64,000 nucleotides of DNA from a virus (taxonomy: Duplodnaviria > Caudoviricetes), in IMG/VR virus record IMGVR_UViG_3300032308_001355, positions 369 to 64,368 of that record. The stretch is one strand, 5' to 3'. A program made the translations under genes and the position numbers. Numbering within the stretch: position 1 is the first letter of the stretch; every line of letters starts with the position of its first letter. Below are positions 24,226 through 33,871 of the stretch, in pieces. Below the pieces are notes generated by a model. It did not search any database and had not been told where the DNA came from. It saw only the letters and a program-made list of their open reading frames with translations.

Positions 24226-24801
24226 CTAGGCGTACTGAGTGTATATGCGAGTCTCTCCGCCCGAGTTTGTATCAAATTCTTTTGCGGCGTTTACTGCACT
24301 GGTCATAGCTTTTGCAGCCAAATCTATATCTTTAAATATCTTAGAACCAGCAGCATACAAAGCACCTTGGGCAAAATCCCCACCACTTCCTGTAGCAAAG
24401 TAATTTCGAGCGTCTCGGTCTAGTGAGTAATCCTCATCAATTATGTATAGGGTCCCCTGAACTGCAACAAGAAATACGTTTTCAAACTGGGCATAATCCC
24501 CATCGTCTTTCATATCGTAACCACCATCAATAAAAACTTGACGCATTCCAGGAATAAAAGTGTTTATCATCCAAGCATCTAATTGGTCGGGTGTGCTATT
24601 AACACGGGGCTTTGGTGCTTTCCAACCACGTTGCAAAAGGTTCATACCCCGACCAATACCGCAACCAGCAATTAAAATACCATTATTGTCTACGACCTTA
24701 TGGTCTTTCATAAATACATTTCGGTATTCATTATAAGTGCCTTGTGAATCAGCGCCCATTACTACCCAACCATCACCTTGAATAGCTGCGATTGTGGTCA
24801 T
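24226..24801 (-). CDS. proteasome beta-subunit/HslV-like Ntn protease
   Basis: N-terminal MTT, ADS, KV, GSGG, D..SGG. Confidence 0.9.
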   Translation of the reverse strand: MTTIAAIQGDGWVVMGADSQGTYNEYRNVFMKDHKVVDNNGILIAGCGIGRGMNLLQRGWKAPKPRVNSTPDQLDAWMINTFIPGMRQVFIDGGYDMKDDGDYAQFENVFLVAVQGTLYIIDEDYSLDRDARNYFATGSGGDFAQGALYAAGSKIFKDIDLAAKAMTSAVNAAKEFDTNSGGETRIYTQYA

Positions 24802-24902
24802 CTTATATGCTCCTTATGCTTCACAGACCCATACTGTACTGGTGGTTGAGGGTTATTGCAATAAAAAGGGCTGGCATCTCTGCCAGCCCTATTAATTTAT
24901 TA

Positions 24903-25244
24903 CTAGTTATAGTTAGACATCCCCGCACCAAATTCTGGCGCCTGACGGCGAACAGCTGATGCAAAAATGCGTCCGTTACCCTGGGTGGCCCCAGCTTCTG
25001 GAGCAACTGTCTGTTGAAACTTAACACGGATGCCGTAGCGAGCTCCCGCATGCTTAGCGTCTGGGCTCATTACGTTTGGGCGCGCTGTCTTTGGTTGTCC
25101 ATAAGGGTCACCTGCTGCTGTGTTCTTCTTTTTGATTAATGTTCCCTTTTCAGGTGCAGCGTAACGTGGCTTTGCACTTGAAGACGCTGTAGGCTCAGTT
25201 GAAGCTGGTGCTACAGGCTTTGGGTTCTTGGTTGAATCTTTCAT
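24903..25244 (-). CDS. basic Ala/Pro-rich hypothetical protein
   Basis: RBS AAAGGA, low complexity. Confidence 0.7.
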   Translation of the reverse strand: MKDSTKNPKPVAPASTEPTASSSAKPRYAAPEKGTLIKKKNTAAGDPYGQPKTARPNVMSPDAKHAGARYGIRVKFQQTVAPEAGATQGNGRIFASAVRRQAPEFGAGMSNYN

Positions 25245-25283
25245 ATTTTGTCCTTTGGCCTAAGGGGTTTAGTTAAATGTACC

Positions 25284-25562
25284 TTAAATAACGATAACTG
25301 TAAGGACTATTGCGCTGATATCGCCGTCGTGGCTCTGAATTGTAGTAAATCCAGGCACATAGGCAATATCAATACCTCTTGGAGCTGTATAGCCTCGGGC
25401 AATAGCTAATGCTTTAGTAGCTTGATTAACAGCCCCAGCGCCTACTGCACGGACCTTACAGGTACGTGTCTCATAAATAGCGTGGGCAATAGCTGAAGCT
25501 AGGGCCTGTGGGTTTGAGCCTGCTGATACGCGCAAGACGTTTTCTTCTGGTTGTTCTGTCAT
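25284..25562 (-). CDS. spoVS: stage V sporulation protein S family
   Basis: VLRVS..S.P..LA.AIA...RAVGAGAVNQA.KALAIARGY.AP.G.D...PGF. Confidence 0.93.
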   Translation of the reverse strand: MTEQPEENVLRVSAGSNPQALASAIAHAIYETRTCKVRAVGAGAVNQATKALAIARGYTAPRGIDIAYVPGFTTIQSHDGDISAIVLTVIVI

Positions 25563-25614
25563 TTTATACCTCGGTTTACGAATAGTGGAATTCCCGCGGT
25601 ATAAATTATGCAGT

Positions 25615-25833
25615 TTAAATAAGCCCAGGTCTGTCTAAAGGAGTAGGAGCTTTTGCAAAAGTGCCACAAATAGCGCACTCCATATCAAGGAGGTATTGGG
25701 CTATCTCATAGTCATCAAAAGACACCTTTAGCAACCATAAATTACTTTCACAATGTGGGCACTCATTATGGACCTCATACTGATGGTCAAGGGTGCCAGA
25801 ATAATCAGGCTTTAAGGTCCTGATTGGCTTCAC
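25615..25833 (-). CDS. zinc-ribbon protein
   Basis: CPHC...CAICG. Confidence 0.75.
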   Translation of the reverse strand: MKPIRTLKPDYSGTLDHQYEVHNECPHCESNLWLLKVSFDDYEIAQYLLDMECAICGTFAKAPTPLDRPGLI

Positions 25834-26047
25834 GCTTTAGCCTTTCAAGTGTCTCTAGTTGTTCAATCTTCATCTTTTCAATTACTTCAATTTCTTCTGG
25901 AGACATTTTGTCTTTGTTTTCTTCAAACATCCTAAGACCAACACCGTAAGCATGTTCAAACATTTGTAATTGAGATTGGCGGCGAGCTCGAACAAATGCC
26001 TCGGCCTCAGCTTTACGAGCAGCTCTTTTATCTTGTGTTTTACTCAT
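25805..26047 (-). CDS. coiled-coil hypothetical protein
   Basis: start MSKTQDK overlapping the upstream stop. Confidence 0.65.
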   Translation of the reverse strand: MSKTQDKRAARKAEAEAFVRARRQSQLQMFEHAYGVGLRMFEENKDKMSPEEIEVIEKMKIEQLETLERLKREANQDLKA

Positions 26048-26217
26048 TGTCCTCCCCAACCCCCACCTTTAAGTTGAATAGCAAAACTAGAAAACTTACG
26101 AGATGCCTCTTTACCGCAGCTAGTACACAGCACTGAGGGGGCTGGGCCATCAACTATAGGAAAAAACTGCTCAGATTCTGCTTTGCAGTGCGGACATTGG
26201 TACTCATACGTAGGCAT
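26044..26217 (-). CDS. FmdB-family zinc ribbon (57 aa, not in ORF track)
   Basis: MPTYEYQCPHC...CTSCG...KGGGWG. Confidence 0.85.
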   Translation of the reverse strand: MPTYEYQCPHCKAESEQFFPIVDGPAPSVLCTSCGKEASRKFSSFAIQLKGGGWGGQ

Positions 26218-26756
26218 TATCGTTCCCTAAATTTTGGGTCTTGAAGCTTATCGTAAACTTCTTTTTCATACGCACGAGTATACGAGCCAGAAATCAAATG
26301 TGCAAGTACGTAAGAATCTGCTGCATTATCGTCTGTAAACTCAGCGCCCCAATTCTTGTATACGTGTAAAAGTATTTGGCTTTTTGATACCCCATTGCCC
26401 TTACCGCAAGCGTATTTCTTAAGGTTAGTTGGCGGGACTATAAGGGGGTAAATGCCAAAATCAAGCAAAGTTAGTTTTACCATGCCGCCAAGCTCGCCAA
26501 GCATATTAGCCATTTGACTACCAAATGCATAGCCTTCCATGGCCACGTCTTCAATATTATTAAATTGATAAAGCCAGTTCATCACGTGGCTTTGTATATC
26601 CCTAAGTCTGTCTATACCGCGCTTATCTGATTTATAAACTTCTGTGTAGTAGTTACCAGCCTGAAACGCTGTTATAGCAAAGCCACTATAAGACTGGTCA
26701 ATACCTAAATAAACTGGACGTTCTCTGTCTACAGTTCCGTTATAAAATACTTTCAC
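26217..26756 (-). CDS. RuvC-like Holliday junction resolvase
   Basis: LGIDQS, MEGYAF, LKKYACGKGN, DNAADS. Confidence 0.88.
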   Translation of the reverse strand: MKVFYNGTVDRERPVYLGIDQSYSGFAITAFQAGNYYTEVYKSDKRGIDRLRDIQSHVMNWLYQFNNIEDVAMEGYAFGSQMANMLGELGGMVKLTLLDFGIYPLIVPPTNLKKYACGKGNGVSKSQILLHVYKNWGAEFTDDNAADSYVLAHLISGSYTRAYEKEVYDKLQDPKFRER

Positions 26757-27232
26757 TAAAACCTAGACTTCATAGATGAGGTACGGCGGGTTAATTCACG
26801 GCTTGTTAGCTGGTAATACCGTTCTAAGTTGTCTTGCATAGTCTTAAGAAGCTTATGGTATGCCTTGGCATGCATCAAGCCTTGTGACATAGTTTCCATC
26901 TCTGGGTTAATTAAAATGGATGCTTTTATAGTCGTTGCTTTAGCTTTTGGGTCAGCAGAGCCTGTAATCAAAAGCTTTGCTTCTTCCTTATCATAGATGC
27001 TCTCTGCTTCAGTTACAGCAAGCTCTGCACAAGCTACCTGTGTAATTAAGAAGTTGTAATTTTCCATGTAACAACGAGCCAATTGCATTAGTTCTTGGTC
27101 ATCCACAGCTGTGATATCCCTAGGGAAAGAAGGGACATCAATATCTAACTTACGTCTAACGGGTAATCCTTGCGATTCTAGTACAGATAATACTGAACCG
27201 CTGACCCCATTTGCAAGTAACTCAATTGCCAT
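26756..27232 (-). CDS. helical protein, possible UvsY-like recombination mediator
   Basis: long helices ending SRELTRR; sits in recombination cluster. Confidence 0.45.
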   Translation of the reverse strand: MAIELLANGVSGSVLSVLESQGLPVRRKLDIDVPSFPRDITAVDDQELMQLARCYMENYNFLITQVACAELAVTEAESIYDKEEAKLLITGSADPKAKATTIKASILINPEMETMSQGLMHAKAYHKLLKTMQDNLERYYQLTSRELTRRTSSMKSRF

Positions 27233-28064
27233 AGTCTTTACACCTTCCGCAACCATCTGCATTTATATTACATAGTGGCGGCGTACCCGCCTTTACAGAT
27301 TCAACAATCATCTTAGCAGCATCAAACAAATGTTGTATACCCCAGTTACTACGTGGAATTACAAACTCTTTGCTCTCCTGATTGGGCTTTGCTTCATAAA
27401 TAATTACAGCCTCGTCAGGGACGTCTTCATATCCTTGTAGCTTAGCAAGTTCTAAATACATCTGTACTTGGTCAATGTGTTTTTGAAACGGGGCATCAAT
27501 TGATTTCCAAGTTTTATTAAAATCATATCCATTGTCTGCGTACAGTCCAGGACATTCCCATCGAAGCGTACCCTCACCTACAGATTTAATTTCTAGAAAT
27601 AAAGGGTTACCTAAACCAACAAGCCATCCATCGGCTTTTCCAGTAATACGGTACTCTTCATTAATAAAAGGTACTTCTCTATAATGTAATGGCCCGTCGT
27701 GGCAATCAAACATTCCAAAAAATAACTCGCCACACTCTTCGCACCACCATTGACCCTTTAGAACACCCATGTTTTTAAACCAAGTTTGCCACTTATTGTG
27801 AATGTCATGTCCTTCTTGAAATACTGTTTCTAAACGAAGACTAGACGTTCGTGTATCTGAGGGTGTGTGACCAAGCAAATGAAAATAAGAAGCACGGTGG
27901 CACCAATCTTTCCCAACCATATCGGATGGGTGAAGCATGTCGGTACGACGTGATTTATCTTTAGGGCGAGAAATAAGATAACGCTCTACGGAACCAAGTA
28001 CGCGGGTATCTTTCTTAGCCACGTCTATAAACTTCTTTAAGGCCCCACTTGGTTTGTATGTCAT
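27222..28064 (-). CDS. Cas4-like PD-(D/E)xK exonuclease
   Basis: HPS...C, G..IH, ADG...EIKS, Q...Y, C-terminal C..C..C. Confidence 0.85.
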   Translation of the reverse strand: MTYKPSGALKKFIDVAKKDTRVLGSVERYLISRPKDKSRRTDMLHPSDMVGKDWCHRASYFHLLGHTPSDTRTSSLRLETVFQEGHDIHNKWQTWFKNMGVLKGQWWCEECGELFFGMFDCHDGPLHYREVPFINEEYRITGKADGWLVGLGNPLFLEIKSVGEGTLRWECPGLYADNGYDFNKTWKSIDAPFQKHIDQVQMYLELAKLQGYEDVPDEAVIIYEAKPNQESKEFVIPRSNWGIQHLFDAAKMIVESVKAGTPPLCNINADGCGRCKDYGN

Positions 28065-28076
28065 AGGGTAAACCTA

Positions 28077-28388
28077 TCATCTATCTACCCACTCTTCAAG
28101 AGTTAATCCTTGTTTAGATGCTTTACGCTTAAGCGCGTTTCTTTCTCTGTGACTCATACCTCCCCAGATACCATGTTGTTCATCCATAGACTCTGCATAT
28201 AAAAGACATTCTTTACGAACAGGGCATTCTGGTAATCCATCTTTACCGTAGCAAACTGCTTTAGAAATACCAGCAACAGATTTGTATTTTGTTTTATCTC
28301 TTGGTGGGTACCAAAGCTCTGTGTCCATACCACGGCATTTAGCGTCGTAACGCCAGCCTTGATTATGACCAATGTCTTCTTGAAACAA
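28077..28388 (-). CDS. whiB: WhiB-family transcription factor
   Basis: four Cys, CPVRKECL, GIWGG.S..ER; TTG start after AGGAG. Confidence 0.92.
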   Translation of the reverse strand: MFQEDIGHNQGWRYDAKCRGMDTELWYPPRDKTKYKSVAGISKAVCYGKDGLPECPVRKECLLYAESMDEQHGIWGGMSHRERNALKRKASKQGLTLEEWVDR

Positions 28389-28454
28389 TATGTAAACTCC
28401 TGGGGTCGTTGTTGCTCTTCCCACTCCCAGGGGTTAATAGTTTAGCATAAAGTA

Positions 28455-28772
28455 CTACTTGAGCTCTAATTTCTCTTTCATCTCAAGGTAGTCGTCTTCT
28501 GTTAAAATGACATAATTATTATTATTTAAACTTATTCCTAAAATAGGCATTCTGCTGTCTAAAATAGCTTCTTTTACTATTTTTTCAAGCACTTCTGACT
28601 TTAAAGTAAAAGATTTCTTGCCAGTCCATTTATGCTCTAGCAAGACTCTTTTACTCCTAACGTCACCTTTCCGACTCCAAAAAGCACCACTAGCAAAACT
28701 TCTTTGACCATCAATAGCCTTAGCAAGCCTGTCCTCATGCTTTTTAGATTGTTTCTGACCCTCACTCCTCAT
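28455..28772 (-). CDS. Hjc-type PD-(D/E)xK resolvase/endonuclease
   Basis: HE..LA, SGA...KGDV, LEHK. Confidence 0.75.
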   Translation of the reverse strand: MRSEGQKQSKKHEDRLAKAIDGQRSFASGAFWSRKGDVRSKRVLLEHKWTGKKSFTLKSEVLEKIVKEAILDSRMPILGISLNNNNYVILTEDDYLEMKEKLELK

Positions 28773-29823
28773 GTGCAAACTTAGAGCCAGCTTTAATAGA
28801 ATCTAAAACGTCTTTTTCAAGAACTTCTTTTAGTTCTATTTCTTCACGAATAGATTCAAGTAAAGCGTCCTGACCCTGCCACTGTCTAGTCTCTCCGTTA
28901 AAATCATAACGATAGTAAGCACCTGCTCTAGTAATTACTTTATTAATAATGCCCATAGAAACAATTTCTTTTGCAAAATCAAACTCACCAGCTGGTGTGT
29001 CCGACCCCTCTGCAAAGTAAAAATCAACAGTAGCTACCTGAGAAGGGGCTGCTGATTTGTTTTTAATTACTCTTGCTTTTATAGATTGACCTATACGACG
29101 TTTTTCTTGTCCAGTTCCTGACTCTATCCACTCATCACGACGAACCTCTGTACGTGTAAAAAACGCATAATCTTTGCCAAGCCCACCTGGTGTAGTGCGA
29201 GGGTCCCCGTACATAACACCAATCTTTGAGCGCCATTGATTAATTACAATACCAATAAATGGACGTTCGGGGGAAACCAAAGAACGTTTAGAAGCTTTAC
29301 CTACTTTACGGAAAAACTTATTAGTAACTAGAGCCGACCGTCCCATGGTTGACTCATCCATTTCTTTCTCATCTTCTGCGCTAGGAACCAAGGCAGGAAG
29401 GCTATCAATAACGATGCAGTCCACAACCTTACTTTCAGCGAATTTAATAACAGCTTCATAAGCTTCCTCCATTATATTTGTAGAAATTACATAAACTCGA
29501 GATGAATCAACACCACATAGGTCAGCGTATCCAGTTACCCATTCCTCTGCTGCAACCCATACCGTTGTAAACTCTGGGTCACGTTTTTGATTAGCAGCGA
29601 TTGTTTTAAGAGCCAAAGCAGTTTTACCATTGCTTGCTTCTCCAATTAATTCATGCCATTGGTTAGGTGGCCAACCACCTCCAAGTGCTAAATCAAGTGA
29701 TAACGAACCTGTGGTAAACCTAGTAGGTGGGTCAATAATTTCTGACCCAAGCACTACGGTAGCGTCACCCATTTTTTTATTTAATCCGTTAATTACTTTT
29801 AATAGCTCTGCTGATGCTTTCAT
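28762..29823 (-). CDS. recA: RecA recombinase
   Basis: TGSLSLDLALGGG, GEASNGKT, IVIDSL, INQ.R.KIGVMYGDP.TTPGG, KNK. Confidence 0.95.
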   Translation of the reverse strand: MKASAELLKVINGLNKKMGDATVVLGSEIIDPPTRFTTGSLSLDLALGGGWPPNQWHELIGEASNGKTALALKTIAANQKRDPEFTTVWVAAEEWVTGYADLCGVDSSRVYVISTNIMEEAYEAVIKFAESKVVDCIVIDSLPALVPSAEDEKEMDESTMGRSALVTNKFFRKVGKASKRSLVSPERPFIGIVINQWRSKIGVMYGDPRTTPGGLGKDYAFFTRTEVRRDEWIESGTGQEKRRIGQSIKARVIKNKSAAPSQVATVDFYFAEGSDTPAGEFDFAKEIVSMGIINKVITRAGAYYRYDFNGETRQWQGQDALLESIREEIELKEVLEKDVLDSIKAGSKFAHEE

Positions 29824-30194
29824 TAAATGTGTCCAATGATTGTTGTCGGATTAAAGCCACCTGCTTGTACTTGTTTTGCTGGCATTGCTGGACCTGATGC
29901 TTGACCGCCTTGTCCTACAATTCCACGTCCCATACCACTACCCGATTGTTGAATTGGGTATCCACAATCGTAACAACGTTTACGAGCCTCAGGAGTAGAC
30001 CCACCGTAGTTACCGCTAGCACAATTAGGGCAACGGTCTGGTTGAGGAGTCATCTGTTGTGATGGTGGGTACTGGGGCTGTTGTGGTTGAGCATATGTTG
30101 CTGGTTGTGGTTGTGCCATAGGAACTTGGGGCATAAGTGGAGCTGTTTGTTGTGGCACGTTAAGTTTCCGCGCAAACCAATCTGCATTACTCAT
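29823..30194 (-). CDS. Pro/Gln-rich zinc-ribbon protein
   Basis: CPNC...RCYDCGYP. Confidence 0.75.
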   Translation of the reverse strand: MSNADWFARKLNVPQQTAPLMPQVPMAQPQPATYAQPQQPQYPPSQQMTPQPDRCPNCASGNYGGSTPEARKRCYDCGYPIQQSGSGMGRGIVGQGGQASGPAMPAKQVQAGGFNPTTIIGHI

Positions 30195-30660
30195 TATATT
30201 CACCATCCATATCTATACGTTGTAAATCTGAAGTTAAAGCTGTTATTTGAATTAAACCTAAAGCCGATGCTGTAGAAAAAGCACCAATAAGTGTTGATAA
30301 AGAAACTGATTTATACAAATTACCTATAATTTCAGCCATCTCTTCTAAGTCTTCTTCTTCTGTTATGTCATCTTTAGTAGCAGAGTATACGGCTATAGAA
30401 GATAAAACATTTGCTGCTATATCTGACATAGAATCAATAAAAGGGACAAGTGGCTGAAGCTCAAGTAACCTAGAATCGCTATCTTGAACTTCTTTGCTAT
30501 ATCCTTCTTCACTAATTGGTGAAAGACCAATTAAATCGTCAACTTTATCTTCACCATGCCCAATATCGTGTATAAACCAACGTACCATAGTAGTAACTGG
30601 CACCTCGCTAGTAAATATTTCAAATTCTGGTTCTTGTTTTCGACGTTTAAACCAACCCAT
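30187..30660 (-). CDS. hypothetical protein
   Basis: starts adjacent to the polymerase stop. Confidence 0.75.
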   Translation of the reverse strand: MGWFKRRKQEPEFEIFTSEVPVTTMVRWFIHDIGHGEDKVDDLIGLSPISEEGYSKEVQDSDSRLLELQPLVPFIDSMSDIAANVLSSIAVYSATKDDITEEEDLEEMAEIIGNLYKSVSLSTLIGAFSTASALGLIQITALTSDLQRIDMDGEYNE

Positions 30661-32639
30661 TACTTTGCATCTCCCCACTTTTGAACAATTTTTATGTCTG
30701 CTACAAGCGGGATTGGAAGTAAATTAATACCTTCCATAGCCTCACGAATGGCCTCACGCGTTTGTTCTACCAAAGAATCAGGGGCTACGGTTACAAGTTC
30801 ATCGTGAACTGTGAGAATCAACTTAGACTCCTTTGGAAGAATATCATGGGCCCTAATCATAGCAAGTTTAATAATATCTGCAGCCGTACCTTGAATACGT
30901 GTATTAAAGGCTTGACGCTCAGAACTAGCGCGAAACTTAAGAACCCTTGAGTCAATATCTGGAAGATAGCGACGTCGATTCATAAGCGTTGTTACGTATC
31001 CTTTTTTACGGGCTACGCTAACCACGGTTGTTTTGTATTTTGAAACAGATGGGAACTTTTCAGAAAAATCATTTAATAACTTCTTGGCTTCTTGAACAGT
31101 GCAACCAATTTGATTTGAAATCTTCTCTGGCCCTACTCCGTATGCCATAGCCAATACTAATATCTTACCAGCTTTACGGTCTACTCCCATAGTGTTACCA
31201 ACGGTTGTATAGATATCACCGCCATTTAAATAGTTATCCATCATAATTGGGTCTTTAGACATAGCTGCAATTACACGAGGCTCAATCTGCGAGTAGTCTG
31301 CAACAATAAGCTTGTACCCTTCAGGAGCAATAAATAAGTTACGAATGGCCTTTCCATGCGCAGTGTGAGGCGAGGGTACATTTTGTAAATTAGGATTACG
31401 ACTAGAAAAACGACCAGTCTCCGCACCCCATTGAATAAAGTCTGCGTGTAATTTTCCATTAACTAGCATGCTCTCACGAGTTTCAATCTTTGATTTACCG
31501 TTAGTAGTTTTTACAACATCTCCACCTAAGTACGGAACAACATAGGTTGTGTGAAGCTTATTTAAATCTGAATACGCAAGCATTGCCCCTACAAGTTCAT
31601 CTTTGCTCCTCAAAGCCTCTAAAGCCTCAGAACTAACGGAAAAGTCTTTGTAACTTAAAGCATCTTGCCCGTCCTGCTCCAACGTTTTTTTACCCGTTCC
31701 AGTTAACAAATCTGTTCGTAGACCACGACAGCCTTCTTCTTTTGGACCATACAAAATCCATTGTTTTTCACTCGTAGAGTTCATATTAAATACCTGACCA
31801 GCAATACGGTATACCTCAGATATCGTCTGTTCTAATTCTATCTCAAGCTGGTCGTTAAGTTCTTGAAGCGCTTTTGTATCAATGGCGGCTCCAGTCAATT
31901 TCATATCACATAAAACCTCTAACACGCCCATCTCTAAACCCATAACGTTAACTACATCAGATTCCTCTAGTTTTGGTTTGACAATCTTCCATAATAAAAA
32001 CGTGTATTTAGCATCAAGATAAGCGTACTTAGCAACCTCGTCAAAAGAATAATCTTCAACTTTATGGCCAATACCTTTTTGCATACTAAAACCAAGCTCA
32101 CGTTGTAAACAATCGTCTAATCCAAGCTTTCCACGGTTTTTATTGTCATATAGAAAAGAAGCCATAAGAGTATCAAAATACGGTGCGCAAGGAACCTCTC
32201 CACCAAAATATTTTGCAACAGATGATAGGTCAAAACCTAAATTATGCCCAATCTTTAAGATATTTGAATTAAACATTAAAGGCTTAAGTGCTTTAAATAC
32301 TTCACCTGGAAACAGCTGTTGAGGTGCAGATGAAAATATTTTTGTTGCTTTCTTATCATCACGTGAATAATCAAGTGGACGTGCTGGAAGACCCGCATCT
32401 ACGCGTTTTTGTCCTTGTCCAGTCAAAGGGCGAATTAATTCTATAAAATCACCATTAGGATGCCCCATTGGAATAACATCACCGCGTCCATAAGTAGCAA
32501 GTGAAATCCACATTACTTCATTAACTGCTGGTATCACACGATGTGTGCCAACAGTTTCTACGTCAAAAGCAAAAGCATCTTGTTTAAGATAGTACGCAAC
32601 CATCTCGTCTAACTCTTCTTTAGTTGTAATTATATTCAA
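30660..32639 (-). CDS. polA: family A DNA polymerase with 3'-5' exonuclease
   Basis: FDVET, HN..FD, YAYLDA, TGRFSS.NPNLQN, DYSQIE, R...K...L...YG, HDEL. Confidence 0.95.
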   Translation of the reverse strand: MNIITTKEELDEMVAYYLKQDAFAFDVETVGTHRVIPAVNEVMWISLATYGRGDVIPMGHPNGDFIELIRPLTGQGQKRVDAGLPARPLDYSRDDKKATKIFSSAPQQLFPGEVFKALKPLMFNSNILKIGHNLGFDLSSVAKYFGGEVPCAPYFDTLMASFLYDNKNRGKLGLDDCLQRELGFSMQKGIGHKVEDYSFDEVAKYAYLDAKYTFLLWKIVKPKLEESDVVNVMGLEMGVLEVLCDMKLTGAAIDTKALQELNDQLEIELEQTISEVYRIAGQVFNMNSTSEKQWILYGPKEEGCRGLRTDLLTGTGKKTLEQDGQDALSYKDFSVSSEALEALRSKDELVGAMLAYSDLNKLHTTYVVPYLGGDVVKTTNGKSKIETRESMLVNGKLHADFIQWGAETGRFSSRNPNLQNVPSPHTAHGKAIRNLFIAPEGYKLIVADYSQIEPRVIAAMSKDPIMMDNYLNGGDIYTTVGNTMGVDRKAGKILVLAMAYGVGPEKISNQIGCTVQEAKKLLNDFSEKFPSVSKYKTTVVSVARKKGYVTTLMNRRRYLPDIDSRVLKFRASSERQAFNTRIQGTAADIIKLAMIRAHDILPKESKLILTVHDELVTVAPDSLVEQTREAIREAMEGINLLPIPLVADIKIVQKWGDAK

Positions 32640-32655
32640 GTTATGCCCCTAATTA

Positions 32656-32702
32656 AAAGCCAGAGGGTCAGGAACAGGGGATAATTGCCCTGACCCTCCA
32701 GC
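32656..32702 (-). terminator. terminator/attenuator hairpin upstream of polA
   Basis: GCTGGAGGGTCAGG/CCTGACCCTCTGGC stem then TTTT. Confidence 0.65.
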
Positions 32703-32713
32703 AACCTAGTTGA

Positions 32714-33379
32714 CTAGAGCAGTGAAGCTGCTACGGCTTCAAGCTCTTCCCAAGTTGGTTCCTTGAGGTCAGAACTTGTAAATGGCTTGATGTCAGCAAG
32801 TGACTTCTCAATATTTTCAATGTCAGTCATTCCCCAGTCCTCTACGAGGTCACGGGCCTTGACTGCGTTAAGATGATACATAGTTGTTTGCATCTTTCCT
32901 GAACGTGAAATAGCCCAATAGTTTTTAGTTAATGGGCCTTGAGGTGAAAACTCTGCTGCATGAAGCGCATCATATAAACGAGGGCTAGCAATAAGACGTT
33001 CACGACGTGGTCCTCCTGGAGCGCTCAAGTTAATAACGCTAAAAGCGCGCTTGAGTTCTGGCTTGCTTCCCAATTTTGTACACAATGGGTCATTAGCACC
33101 CAATGAGATATATGCACGTTGACCACTAGTCTTCTGTGATAAGAAATGTTGCTTGTACACAGCAAATGGACCGTTGGGGTCAATAAACTTAATAATCTGT
33201 GGTGAATCACCAAACTTAAAATCTGTTGGGTAATTCCCTGCTACTGACTTCTCTGCGGCATCCCAACCTGACTGGACTGCAGAACTTGTTGTTTGTGCTG
33301 GGCGCGCTGTAATTGGTTCGTCAATCATAGCGAACTCATCTGTTTCTGGTAGATATTCATCTGTACGGTTTACTGCCAT
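32714..33379 (-). CDS. putative single-stranded DNA-binding protein
   Basis: aromatic/OB-like core (IIKF..GPF..Y.QH, YWAISR.G) next to polymerase. Confidence 0.65.
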   Translation of the reverse strand: MAVNRTDEYLPETDEFAMIDEPITARPAQTTSSAVQSGWDAAEKSVAGNYPTDFKFGDSPQIIKFIDPNGPFAVYKQHFLSQKTSGQRAYISLGANDPLCTKLGSKPELKRAFSVINLSAPGGPRRERLIASPRLYDALHAAEFSPQGPLTKNYWAISRSGKMQTTMYHLNAVKARDLVEDWGMTDIENIEKSLADIKPFTSSDLKEPTWEELEAVAASLL

Positions 33380-33401
33380 TTTTATCATCCTTTTATAGTT
33401 A

Positions 33402-33869
33402 TCATTTGTTTTCAATTGCACGGATTTGACTCCATGCCTCGGCAATCTCAGTACTGAGTTGTCGGTGTAAGCCCCAGTCTATACGCTTTACATATAGAAG
33501 TCCAGCTTTATCAAACAACTCAATTACTTTTTCCACCATTGCCCTTGAATAAAGGCGCCTGCCTTGATGGTCATCCCCGTTAATATTTTTCTTAGCGGGA
33601 AGTCTATATGGTGCAACGGGTAGGTAGCCCTCTTTTAACCAAGCACGTATTGTTATAACAGGGCGACCTAGAGCCGAAGCAATTGCACCAATAGTAAAGA
33701 GTTCAATATCCGTACCGTTGGGCAATGTTGTTATGCGGGGTCGCGAATCCCACTGAGTATCTGGAAACACCTCTTGTTTTGGTGCAACTTTTTCCTTGCG
33801 CTTTCGTTTACTTCCTGGATAGTAAGTATCTAGGTCAGAAAACGTTTTATCAATAAAGTCTTCACTCAT
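33402..33869 (-). CDS. MerR-like HTH DNA-binding protein
   Basis: FTIG.IA.ALGR...TIR.W...G.LP, RRLYS. Confidence 0.8.
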   Translation of the reverse strand: MSEDFIDKTFSDLDTYYPGSKRKRKEKVAPKQEVFPDTQWDSRPRITTLPNGTDIELFTIGAIASALGRPVITIRAWLKEGYLPVAPYRLPAKKNINGDDHQGRRLYSRAMVEKVIELFDKAGLLYVKRIDWGLHRQLSTEIAEAWSQIRAIENK

Positions 33870-33871
33870 TT

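Noticed and set aside
22693-25562. Phosphoesterase plus SpoVS as a captured ymdB-spoVS operon
   Set aside because: The genes are separated by three ORFs and a terminator, and the phosphoesterase looks like the common actinophage type rather than YmdB.
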